DNA of 64,000 nucleotides from Bryobacterales bacterium. Its GTDB lineage: Bacteria; Acidobacteriota; Terriglobia; Bryobacterales; Bryobacteraceae. The stretch covers positions 101,841 to 165,840 of the forward strand of contig CAVXQQ010000019.1 of NCBI GenBank assembly GCA_963763835.1, given 5' to 3'. Position 1 is the first letter of the stretch, and each line of letters begins with the position of its first letter. Positions 38,667-46,964 of the stretch are shown here, one piece after another. The translations under genes were made by a program, and so were the position numbers. The notes under the pieces are model-generated. The model ran no database searches. It had not been told where the DNA came from and saw only the letters and a program-made list of their open reading frames with translations.

Positions 38667-39830
38667 ATGCATCTTCTGGCCCGCCTGTGGCGGCACCTCC
38701 CGGAGCTTCTTATCGCCGGGGCTGTCATCTGGGTTCAATTTCGACTCTGCCAGTTGTTGTGCCGGTACGGCGCCCTGCGCCATTCGCGCGGCTGGCGCCT
38801 GGCGATGTGGGCTTTGGCAACGGTCCTGGCGCTGTGGATTGTGCTGGGGATATTGGGCTCGTACGCGATGTATCTGACCGGAGTGCGGTCTTCCCCGACG
38901 CTCATCTGGGTCCGCGGTATGGCCCTGGCGTGGTCGCTGGCCTCGGCTCTCGCGTTTTTGGCCCTGTCGCTGTGGCGGAGGATTCCGAAATTCAACCAGG
39001 AGCGGCGAGGCTTTATTCGCGTGGCCGGCGCGGCCTTCGTGGGTGCGCCGCTTGCGGCGATGGCGTTCGGGATACTGGTGGAGCGGAAGGAAATCCACCT
39101 GCGCGAAGTCGATGTCCCTATTCCCAACCTTCCCAAAGATCTCAACGGCCTCAGGATCGTGCAGCTCAGCGACATTCACCTGAGCCCCTTTCTGACCGAG
39201 GCGGAACTGGGGAGGGCGGTGGACATGGCGAATGGCGCGCACGCGCACCTGGCGCTGGTGACGGGCGACCTGATCACGGCGCGCGGCGATCCGCTCGATG
39301 CGTGCCTCCGGCAGTTGGCCCGCCTGCGCTCGGACGCGGGAACGCTCGGCTGCCTGGGCAACCATGAGATCTACGCCGGAGTCGAGGAGGAAGCGACGCG
39401 AAAGGCGGCCCGGCTCGGCATCCGGTTCCTGCGCCAGGAGTCCGAGCGGCTGCGATTCGGGAGCGCCGCCCTGAACTTCACCGGAGTCGATTACCAGAAG
39501 ATGGGAACGGAGTATCTGCGCGGGGCCGAGCGCTGGATCGTGCCCGCCGAGATCAACGTCCTGCTCTCGCACAACCCCGACGTATTCGACGTGGCGGCAC
39601 GGCAGGGTTGGGACCTGACCATCGCGGGCCACACCCACGGCGGCCAGATCAGCGTCGAGATCCTGAATCAGCAGTTGAACGCATCGCGGTTCTTCACGCC
39701 CTACGTGTACGGGCTGTACCGCCAGGGCCGGTCCTCGGTCTGGGTAACGCGGGGCATCGGGACGGTGGGCGTGCCCGCGCGGATCGGAGCGCCGCCGGAA
39801 GTCGCTCTTTTACGACTGTGCGCTATTTAG
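38667..39830 (+). CDS. membrane-bound metallophosphoesterase
   Basis: N-terminal TM block, then the LSDIHL, TGDL, GNHE and GHTHGGQ motifs. Start at MHLLARLW. Confidence 0.85.
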   Translation: MHLLARLWRHLPELLIAGAVIWVQFRLCQLLCRYGALRHSRGWRLAMWALATVLALWIVLGILGSYAMYLTGVRSSPTLIWVRGMALAWSLASALAFLALSLWRRIPKFNQERRGFIRVAGAAFVGAPLAAMAFGILVERKEIHLREVDVPIPNLPKDLNGLRIVQLSDIHLSPFLTEAELGRAVDMANGAHAHLALVTGDLITARGDPLDACLRQLARLRSDAGTLGCLGNHEIYAGVEEEATRKAARLGIRFLRQESERLRFGSAALNFTGVDYQKMGTEYLRGAERWIVPAEINVLLSHNPDVFDVAARQGWDLTIAGHTHGGQISVEILNQQLNASRFFTPYVYGLYRQGRSSVWVTRGIGTVGVPARIGAPPEVALLRLCAI

Positions 39831-40555
39831 TCCTCAGCGATATTCACGGGAATTGGGAGGCGCTGGACGCGGTGGCGGCCCAGGCGCGCGGCGCTTACGA
39901 CATCGCCATCTGCTGCGGCGACCTGGTGGGCTACTGCGCCGATCCGAACCCGGTCATCGACTGGGTCCGCGCCAACGTGGCCCTGGTGGTGCGCGGCAAC
40001 CACGACAAAGTCTGCACCGGGTTGGAAGACCTGGAGTGGTTTAACCCCGTGGCGCGCGCGGCCGCGGAATGGACCTTGCGTGCCCTGACGCCGACGAACC
40101 TGGAATACCTGCGTAACCTTCCGCGAGGGCCGGCGGAGGTCGAGTCCTTCCAGATCCTGCATGGCTCGCCGCTGGACGAGGACGATTACCTCCTGTCGAC
40201 ATTCGAGGTGTCGCAGATTCAGAGCTATCTCGACAAGCGGATCTCGTTCTTTGGGCACACGCATCTGCAAGGCGGGTTCCTCTGCGACTGGAACGGAGTG
40301 CGGCGCATTGGCGGCGCGTTGCCGAACGGGGACACGGTACTCGAGCTGGATCCGGACACGTGGTACCTGGTGAATCCAGGGTCGGTCGGGCAGCCGCGGG
40401 ACGGCGATCCACGCGCGGCTTATGTGGTGTACGATCCCGAGGCGCGCCTGGTGGAGTACCGCCGAGCGGAGTACGACGTCGGTGAAGCGCAACGCAAGAT
40501 TCGCGCCGCCGGCTTGCCCGAGATCCTGGCGCTGCGGCTCGAGAACGGCGACTAA
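39818..40555 (+). CDS. metallophosphoesterase family protein (YfcE/MJ0936-like)
   Basis: VLSDIHGN, CGDLVGY, GNHD and GHTH motifs. The GTG start at 39818 overlaps the preceding stop. Confidence 0.85.
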   Translation: MRYLVLSDIHGNWEALDAVAAQARGAYDIAICCGDLVGYCADPNPVIDWVRANVALVVRGNHDKVCTGLEDLEWFNPVARAAAEWTLRALTPTNLEYLRNLPRGPAEVESFQILHGSPLDEDDYLLSTFEVSQIQSYLDKRISFFGHTHLQGGFLCDWNGVRRIGGALPNGDTVLELDPDTWYLVNPGSVGQPRDGDPRAAYVVYDPEARLVEYRRAEYDVGEAQRKIRAAGLPEILALRLENGD

Positions 40556-40684
40556 CGACCAGCGGCGAATCGCGGGAGTCTCAATGGGGTGCCTGTTCCC
40601 GCGGCGGCGCGCCGCCGGTGTATCCCGCGTGTCCTCCCTCGGCGGAACCGATTCTGGCAGGGCGGCGCCGGCCGAAATCGTTCA

Positions 40685-41122
40685 TCAGCGAGCCACGCGC
40701 CCCGCGGCGCCTTCCTGAGTTTGCGGCTGCCTGGCGGCCGTCTCCTTTTGCAGAGCCATTTCCCGCGCGGCCCCCTCGCGGTTGCCCGTGCGACCGTAAG
40801 CGAGAGCCAACTGGTAGTGCCCCAGGGGATCGTCGGGCTGCATTTTGACGTAGGTTTGGAGCGGTGCGACGGCCTCGGCGAACTTCGCCGCGGAGGTCAG
40901 CGTCATCCCCAAGGCGAGGTATGCTTCGGCGAACTCGACATCGACCTTGGAAACGCGTGAGAAGTGCCGTGCGGCCTCGTCCCAGTTACCAGCGCGCCGG
41001 GCCAACTCGCCCAGTACGAACTCGGCGGCGGAATTGTTGGGCTCCTTACGGAACTCGGCGCTAGCCTCGTCCACCGGACCGGTTTCGCCGGCTTTGGAAA
41101 GCAGATAGGACCTGGCGCCCAA
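40685..41122 (-). CDS. TPR-repeat protein
   Basis: WDEAARHFSRVSKVDVEFAEAYLALGMT...FAEAVAPLQTYVKMQPDDPLGHYQLALAY. The start (TTG 41122) lies inside the 33-bp repeat array, so it is uncertain. Confidence 0.7.
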   Translation of the reverse strand: MGARSYLLSKAGETGPVDEASAEFRKEPNNSAAEFVLGELARRAGNWDEAARHFSRVSKVDVEFAEAYLALGMTLTSAAKFAEAVAPLQTYVKMQPDDPLGHYQLALAYGRTGNREGAAREMALQKETAARQPQTQEGAAGRVAR

Positions 41123-41306
41123 GCCGGCGTTCGGGATAGACCACCTTCCGCGCGGGCCGGTGCTCGGGACAGGACCTGCCGCCCAAGCCGGCGCTCAGGA
41201 TAGACCACCTGCCGCCCAAGCCGGCGCTCGGGATAGACCGCCTTCCGCACGGGCCGGCGTCCGGGGTTGACCACCTTCCGCTCGAGCCGGCGCTCGCGGA
41301 AAGCCG
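41111..41306. repeat. 33-bp tandem repeat, six units (one unit is 31 bp)
   Basis: CTGCCGCCCAAGCCGGCGCTC(A/G)GGATAGACC(A/G)C units. Starts at 41176 and 41209 are exactly 33 bp apart. Confidence 0.8.
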
Positions 41307-41326
41307 TGAGACGAAGTTCCGATTTT

Positions 41327-41347
41327 GGTATACAATGTGGTATACAA
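41327..41347. promoter_or_regulatory. direct repeat GGTATACAA-N3-GGTATACAA in an AT-rich patch upstream of the glycyl-radical activase gene
   Basis: Read directly. Each unit contains the palindrome GTATAC and resembles an extended -10 (TGGTATACA). Confidence 0.3.
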
Positions 41348-41397
41348 ATGACGATATTAGCATCTGCTGGCACGGTGCTCAAGGTGGCAACCCTTCC

Positions 41398-42322
41398 ATG
41401 AATCACCCGCAGAGCGGCGGAGGATGCTCGGGCGTGGTCTTCAACATCATGCGCTTCGCGCTGCATGACGGGCCCGGCATTCGGACCACCGTATTCCTGA
41501 AAGGCTGTCCCCTGAGCTGCTGGTGGTGCCACAATCCCGAGAGCCAGGAATTCGCGCCCAGCCCGATGTACTTCGCCAACCGCTGCCGCCTGTGCTACGA
41601 CTGCGTGGCGGCGTGCACAAACGGGGCGCTGGCGTTCGAGGATGGAAGGCCGGTGACCTCGCCGGAATGCACGCGCTGCGGAGACTGCGCCGAGGCCTGT
41701 GTCGCGGGCGCGCGGGAACTGGCGGGCAGGCGCGTGACCGCCTCCGAAGTGCTGGCGGAATGCGAGCGGGACGTTGTCTTCTACGACGAGTCCGGCGGCG
41801 GCGTGACCGTATCGGGCGGCGAGCCGCTGTCCCAGCCGGAATTCACCGAGGCGTTGCTGGCCGGCTGCCGGGAACGGCACATCCACACCGCGCTCGATAC
41901 CTGTGGATTCGCCGACCGCGAGTCGGCCCTGCGGGTGAGCCGAGCGGCCGACCTAGTGCTCTACGACCTGAAGCTCCTGGACTCGGCGGCCCACCGGAAG
42001 TACACCGGGGTTCCCAGCGAGCCGATTCTGGCCAACCTGGCGGCGCTGACCGAAGCGGGGCGCAACCTGATCGTTCGCGTCCCTCTCATCCCGGGCGTCA
42101 ACGACGATCGGGAGAGCCTCGCGAGCGCTGACGGATTTCGTGTGGCTGCTCGGGCTGAGGCGCATTGACCTGTTGCCGTATCACAAGATCGGCGTGGACA
42201 AGTACGGCCGCTTGGGAAGGGCTCGCCCGCTGGGCGAAGTCGAGCCGCTCCCGGAGACCGAGCTGAGCCGGCTCGCGGCGGACCTGGCCGACAGAGGATT
42301 CGCGATCCGAATTGGGGGATAA
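41398..42322 (+). pseudogene. glycyl-radical enzyme activating protein (radical SAM, PflA-like), one frameshift near 42120 as assembled
   Basis: CPLSCWWCHN (CxxxCxxC) plus two ferredoxin-like clusters, CRLCYDCVAAC and CTRCGDCAEAC. The C-terminal LLGLRRIDLLPYHKIGVDKYGRLG is in ORF 42140-42322. Confidence 0.85.
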
Positions 42323-42334
42323 CGATGCGGAAAC

Positions 42335-42412
42335 GTGGCGGTGAGCGAGCTTCAGCTCGCTCGGCCCGACCGTGGGCTGAAGCCCACGGCAGCACGCTGA
42401 AGCGTGCGCCAC
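42335..42412. repeat. family B palindromic element (inverted orientation)
   Basis: GTGGCGGTGAGCGAGCTTCAGCTCGCTCGGCCCGACCGTGGGCTGAAGCCCACGGCAGCACGCTGAAGCGTGCGCCAC. Confidence 0.8.
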
Positions 42413-42433
42413 AATCCGAATTGGAGGTTAGCC

Positions 42434-44791
42434 ATGAATGACAGAGTGGCGCGGCTGCGCCAGCAGAGTCTGGACACCAAGCCGTGGCTTTCGATCGAAC
42501 GTGCCGCGATCCTGACGGAGTTCTACCGGCAGGCGGAGACGATGCCGGAGCCGCTGTTGCGGGCCCACGCCTTCGCCTACATCCTGGATCGCAAAACGAT
42601 CTACATCGGCCGCGACGAGTTGATCGTGGGCGAGCGCGGCGAGGGTCCCAAAGGCGCGCCCACCTACCCGGAGCTGTGTTGCCACAGCCTCGCGGATTTC
42701 GACATTCTGAATTCCCGTCCGAAGATCTCCTACGCGGTGGACGGCGTGGCGCGCCGCACCCAGGAGGCGGCGATCATCCCGTTCTGGCAAGGCCGCAGCA
42801 TGCGGGATCGCATCTTTCGCGAAATGGAGCCGGCCTGGAAAGACTGCTACGAGGCCGGCGTCTACACCGAGTTCATGGAGCAGCGGGCGCCCGGCCACAC
42901 GGCGTTGGGCGACGTGATCTATCGCAAGGGGATGCTGGACCTGAAAGAGGACATCGCCGCCGCTCTGGATCGCCTGGATTTCGTCCGCGACCGCGAGGCC
43001 TGGGACAAGCAGCAGGAGTTGCGTGCCATGGCGGTGGCCGCCGACGCCCTGATCCGCTTCGCCGAACGTCACGCCGAAAAGGCACTGGAGATGGCCGCGA
43101 GCGAGCCTGAGCCGGGCCGCAGGGCGGAGTTGGAGCGCATCGCCGAGGTTTGCACCCGCGTGCCGGCCGACGCGCCGCGCGACTTCTGGGAGGCGCTGCA
43201 GTATTACTGGTTCGTCCACCTGGGCGTCATCACCGAGCTGAACACCTGGGATTCGTTCTGCCCGGGCCGGCTCGATCAGCACCTCGTCTCGTTCTACCGG
43301 AGCGGTCTGGCGGAGGGCACTCTCACGCGCGAGCAGGCACAGGAGCTGTTGGAGTGCTTCTGGGTGAAGTTCAACAATCAGCCCGCGCCGCCCAAAGTAG
43401 GGGTCACGGCGGCCGAGAGCGGAACCTACACGGATTTCGCCAACATCAACAACGGCGGTTTGGCGCCGGACGGCTCCTGCGGTGTCAACGAGGTCACCTA
43501 TCTCATCCTCGATGTGATCGATGAGATGCGCCTGGTGCAGCCCTCCTCGAATCTGCAGCTGAGCAAGAAGAACCCCGACAGATTCCTGAAGCGCGGCCTG
43601 GAGATCGTGCGAAAGGGCTGGGGCCAGCCCTCGATCTTTAACGCCGATATGGTAATGGAAGAGCTTCTGAGGCAGGGCAAGAGCATCGATGACGCCCGCC
43701 GTGGAGGGACTTCCGGCTGCGTCGAGACGGGTGCGTTCGGCACCGAGGCTTACATCCTGACGGGCTACTTCAACCTTCCGAAAGTGCTCGAGATCACGCT
43801 CAACAACGGGCTCGACCCTCGCACCGGCCGCGAAATCGGCCTGCGCACCGGCGATCCGGCCACGTTCCAGTCCTACGATGAGGTCTTCGACGCGTTTCGC
43901 AAGCAGTTGCGGCACTTCATCCAGATCAAGATCAAGGGAAACCAGGTGATCGAGCGGCTGTATGCGAAGTACATGCCGGCGCCGTTCCTCTCCCTGCTGG
44001 TGGACGACTGCATCGCCCGTGGGCGCGATTACAACGACGGCGGCGCTCGCTACAACAGCACCTACATCATGGCGGTGGCGCCGGGAAGCTGCACCGACGC
44101 GCTGTCCGCGATCCGGCATCACGTCTTCGACGGCAAGACCGTGTCGATGCGGGAACTGCTCGACGCGCTCGCCTCCAATTTCGAAGGCCACGAGCGGACG
44201 CGGCTGCTGCTATGGAATCGGACGCCGAAGTACGGCAACGATGACGACTGCGCCGACAGGATTCTGGAGCAGGTTTTCGATGCCTTCTACGACGAGGTCA
44301 ACGGCCTCGAGAACACCCGTGGCGGCCACTACCGGGTGAACTACCTCTCGACTACCTGCCACGTCTATTTCGGTTCGGTTACTGGTGCGACGCCCGACGG
44401 CCGCAAGGCATGGGAGCCGCTCTCCGACGGTATTTCGCCGGTTCAGGGTGCGGACCGCAAAGGGCCCGCGGCGGCCATACGCTCGGCCGCGCGCCTCGAT
44501 CACGCGCGCACCGGCGGCACGCTGCTCAACCAGAAATTCACTCCGCAGGTGGTGGAAGGGGAGGAGGGCCTGAACCACCTGGCCCAACTGGTGCGCGCGT
44601 ATTTCAAGATGGACGGGCACCACATCCAGTTCAATGTGGTGACGGCCGAAACGCTGAAGGCGGCGCAGGCCGAGCCGGACAAGCACCGCGATCTGATCGT
44701 GCGCGTGGCCGGTTACAGCGACTACTTCTGCGACCTCACCGAGGGCCTGCAGGACGAGATCATCGCCCGAACCGAACAGACCGGATTCTGA
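42434..44791 (+). CDS. glycyl radical enzyme (pyruvate formate-lyase / glycerol dehydratase family; substrate unknown)
   Basis: 785 aa with the C-terminal glycyl radical motif VRVAGYSDYF and the thiyl loop GTSGCVETG (Cys-x-Glu type). GGAGG lies 7 nt before the ATG at 42434. Confidence 0.9.
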   Translation: MNDRVARLRQQSLDTKPWLSIERAAILTEFYRQAETMPEPLLRAHAFAYILDRKTIYIGRDELIVGERGEGPKGAPTYPELCCHSLADFDILNSRPKISYAVDGVARRTQEAAIIPFWQGRSMRDRIFREMEPAWKDCYEAGVYTEFMEQRAPGHTALGDVIYRKGMLDLKEDIAAALDRLDFVRDREAWDKQQELRAMAVAADALIRFAERHAEKALEMAASEPEPGRRAELERIAEVCTRVPADAPRDFWEALQYYWFVHLGVITELNTWDSFCPGRLDQHLVSFYRSGLAEGTLTREQAQELLECFWVKFNNQPAPPKVGVTAAESGTYTDFANINNGGLAPDGSCGVNEVTYLILDVIDEMRLVQPSSNLQLSKKNPDRFLKRGLEIVRKGWGQPSIFNADMVMEELLRQGKSIDDARRGGTSGCVETGAFGTEAYILTGYFNLPKVLEITLNNGLDPRTGREIGLRTGDPATFQSYDEVFDAFRKQLRHFIQIKIKGNQVIERLYAKYMPAPFLSLLVDDCIARGRDYNDGGARYNSTYIMAVAPGSCTDALSAIRHHVFDGKTVSMRELLDALASNFEGHERTRLLLWNRTPKYGNDDDCADRILEQVFDAFYDEVNGLENTRGGHYRVNYLSTTCHVYFGSVTGATPDGRKAWEPLSDGISPVQGADRKGPAAAIRSAARLDHARTGGTLLNQKFTPQVVEGEEGLNHLAQLVRAYFKMDGHHIQFNVVTAETLKAAQAEPDKHRDLIVRVAGYSDYFCDLTEGLQDEIIARTEQTGF

Positions 44792-44793
44792 GC

Positions 44794-45348
44794 ATGTGGA
44801 GCCGCAGCCTGGCCGGAGTCGCGCTTGTGCTGCTGGGTTTGCGCGCGGCCGCAGCCGAACGGCCGCCGATCGAATCGTGCGGCAGCGGCGGTGGGCGCGT
44901 GGATCTGGGAATCCTCTCGCGAGTGGAGCAGGTGTGGCCCTCGGACAACACCGACGCCTTCGACCGCCTCAGCATCCAGGAAGGCTTCAGCTATGCCTAC
45001 ACGCCGAAGGTCATGATGGCGTGGGTCACCGATGTTCCGACGCTCGACGCGCGCGCGACGCCGCTTTCCTACCGCTTCCTGGTGGCGATGACGGGATCGC
45101 TGGGAATCGGCGGCAATCTCAACAAGTGGACCGAAGACGATCTCGCGCTGGCGTCCAGGATGATCGCCGCTTACAAAAACGTTCGCGCGACGGTGCAGGA
45201 GGGCGATCTGTACCGGCTGGCGACCGCCCGCGAGTACGTGGCGCGGAATGGGAAGCAGGCGGTCGTCTTCGCGTTCCTGCGCGCCCAGCAATATGGGCGG
45301 CCGGCGCCGGCGATTCGGCTGGCGGGACTGGATGAGCAGGCGGTCTAA
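44794..45348 (+). pseudogene. C-terminal remnant of a GH36 alpha-galactosidase gene
   Basis: IESCGSGGGRVDLGILSRVEQVWPSDNTDAFDRLSIQEGFSYAYTPKVMMAWVTD... corresponds only to roughly the last quarter of GH36 enzymes. Starts 2 nt after the GRE stop. Confidence 0.7.
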
Positions 45349-46964
45349 CGTCTGCGGCCGCTCTACGGCAAGCTTGCCGAACCGCTGGAAACAATCGCGA
45401 CGGACTGCCGCCCTACCTGGTCAATTGCGACGATCCCGGCCTCGGCAAAGCGCCGTACCTGGCGTCGAAAAACGTCTTCTTCCCGTCGGCTAGCGAGATC
45501 GAAGCGCTCGAATACTACCTGAAGAATTTCGTCTGGGGCAAGCTGCAGATGACCGGGCAGGAGCCCTACCCGTACGCCATTTACGGCATCGATAACTGGA
45601 AGGTGAACCGCGAAAGTAAGTTCGCCGATCGGCGCGGCAAAGAGCACCTGTGGCGGATCTACGATTACCCGCACATCATTCTGCTCTACTTCCGCATGTA
45701 CCAGATCGCCGAGCGCTATCCGAACATGGTGCACTACCTCGATAAGGACGCCTACCTGGAACGCGCGTTCGGCACCGCGAAGGCGTTCTTCACAGTGCCG
45801 CTGAAGATTGTGAACTGGTCGGCCTACGAGACGGGCACTTACAACGAGATGGTCATCCCGGATCTGATCGACGCGCTGGCGAAGAACGGCAAGACCGAAG
45901 AGGCCGCCTGGCTACGCGCCGCGTGGGAGAAGAAGGCTAAGTACTTCATCAACGACCATCCCTACCTGTTCGGTTCGGAGTATCCCTTCGATTCGACCGG
46001 TTTCGAATCGACGCACGCCCTCGCAAAGTACGCCATGGCCCACGTGCTTCCGCCCGGCCAGGCGCCGGACGCGCGCATCCCCGCCGGCGATTTTCGCCGC
46101 GCCGTGAGATACCAGGATGCGGTGCAGTTTCTCGACGAGCAGCTTCGGCTCAACATCGCTTGCCGCGGCTGGTTCGAAACCGCCTATTACCATCTGGGAA
46201 GCGACTTCCGCGGCGGCGGCAGCAGTTCGTATACGCTGAGTTACATGGCGCAGATGGGCGGCTGGGCCATCGTCGATTACGGGCTGTATTTCGCCGCGGA
46301 TCCGGTCAGGTACCTGCGGCTGGGCTACAACTCCTACCTGAGCTCGTGGGCGCTGGAGAACTCAGGCACGCCGGAATCGAACTACGGCTACTGGTTCCCC
46401 GGCAAGGAGAACGACGGCGGCGCGGGCGGCGGATTCGAGCCGCGTCCCTGGGGCCGCACCTGGATCGGCAAACTGCAGGGGCGAGGGTCGTGGTGGTACA
46501 ACAGCGAGATCGACCTCGGTTTCAGTGGAGCTTTGCGCGCGGCGGCGACCATCGTCTCCGACGACCCGATCTTCGGGTTGATCGCCTACGGTGGCGACCT
46601 CGAACGCGGCGCAGGACTGGTTCGCGTGATTCCCAAGGACGGCCTGCGAGTGCGGTTCCACGTCATTCGCGGCGCCGTGCGCTTTCACATGGAACTCGAC
46701 CGGGACGGCTTCGCCGCGGGGCGGCCGATCGACTTCGACGACGCGCTGAACGCGGTTCGTTTCGCCCTGGAGAACCGCTCGGCGGATGAACACACGACCG
46801 TGCTCCATGTTTCGGGCCTGGCCTCCGGCGAGTGGACAATAGAGTCGGGCGGCCGGGCCGTTGCCAGTTTCGAGATCGCCGCGGGCGAGGCGAGAGACAT
46901 CTCGCTCCCGCTTCCGCCCGGCGGCGCCGCTTTCGACCTGCACCGCGAGAGGACAAACAAATGA
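45336..46964 (+). pseudogene. N-terminally truncated gene for a glycoside-hydrolase-associated protein (possibly DUF5695-like)
   Basis: Protein-like sequence (LPPYLVNCDDPGLGKAPYLASKNVFFPSASEIEALEYYLKNFVWGKLQ) precedes the first possible start (ATG 45549). The frame opens only after the stop at 45333-45335. Confidence 0.6.
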
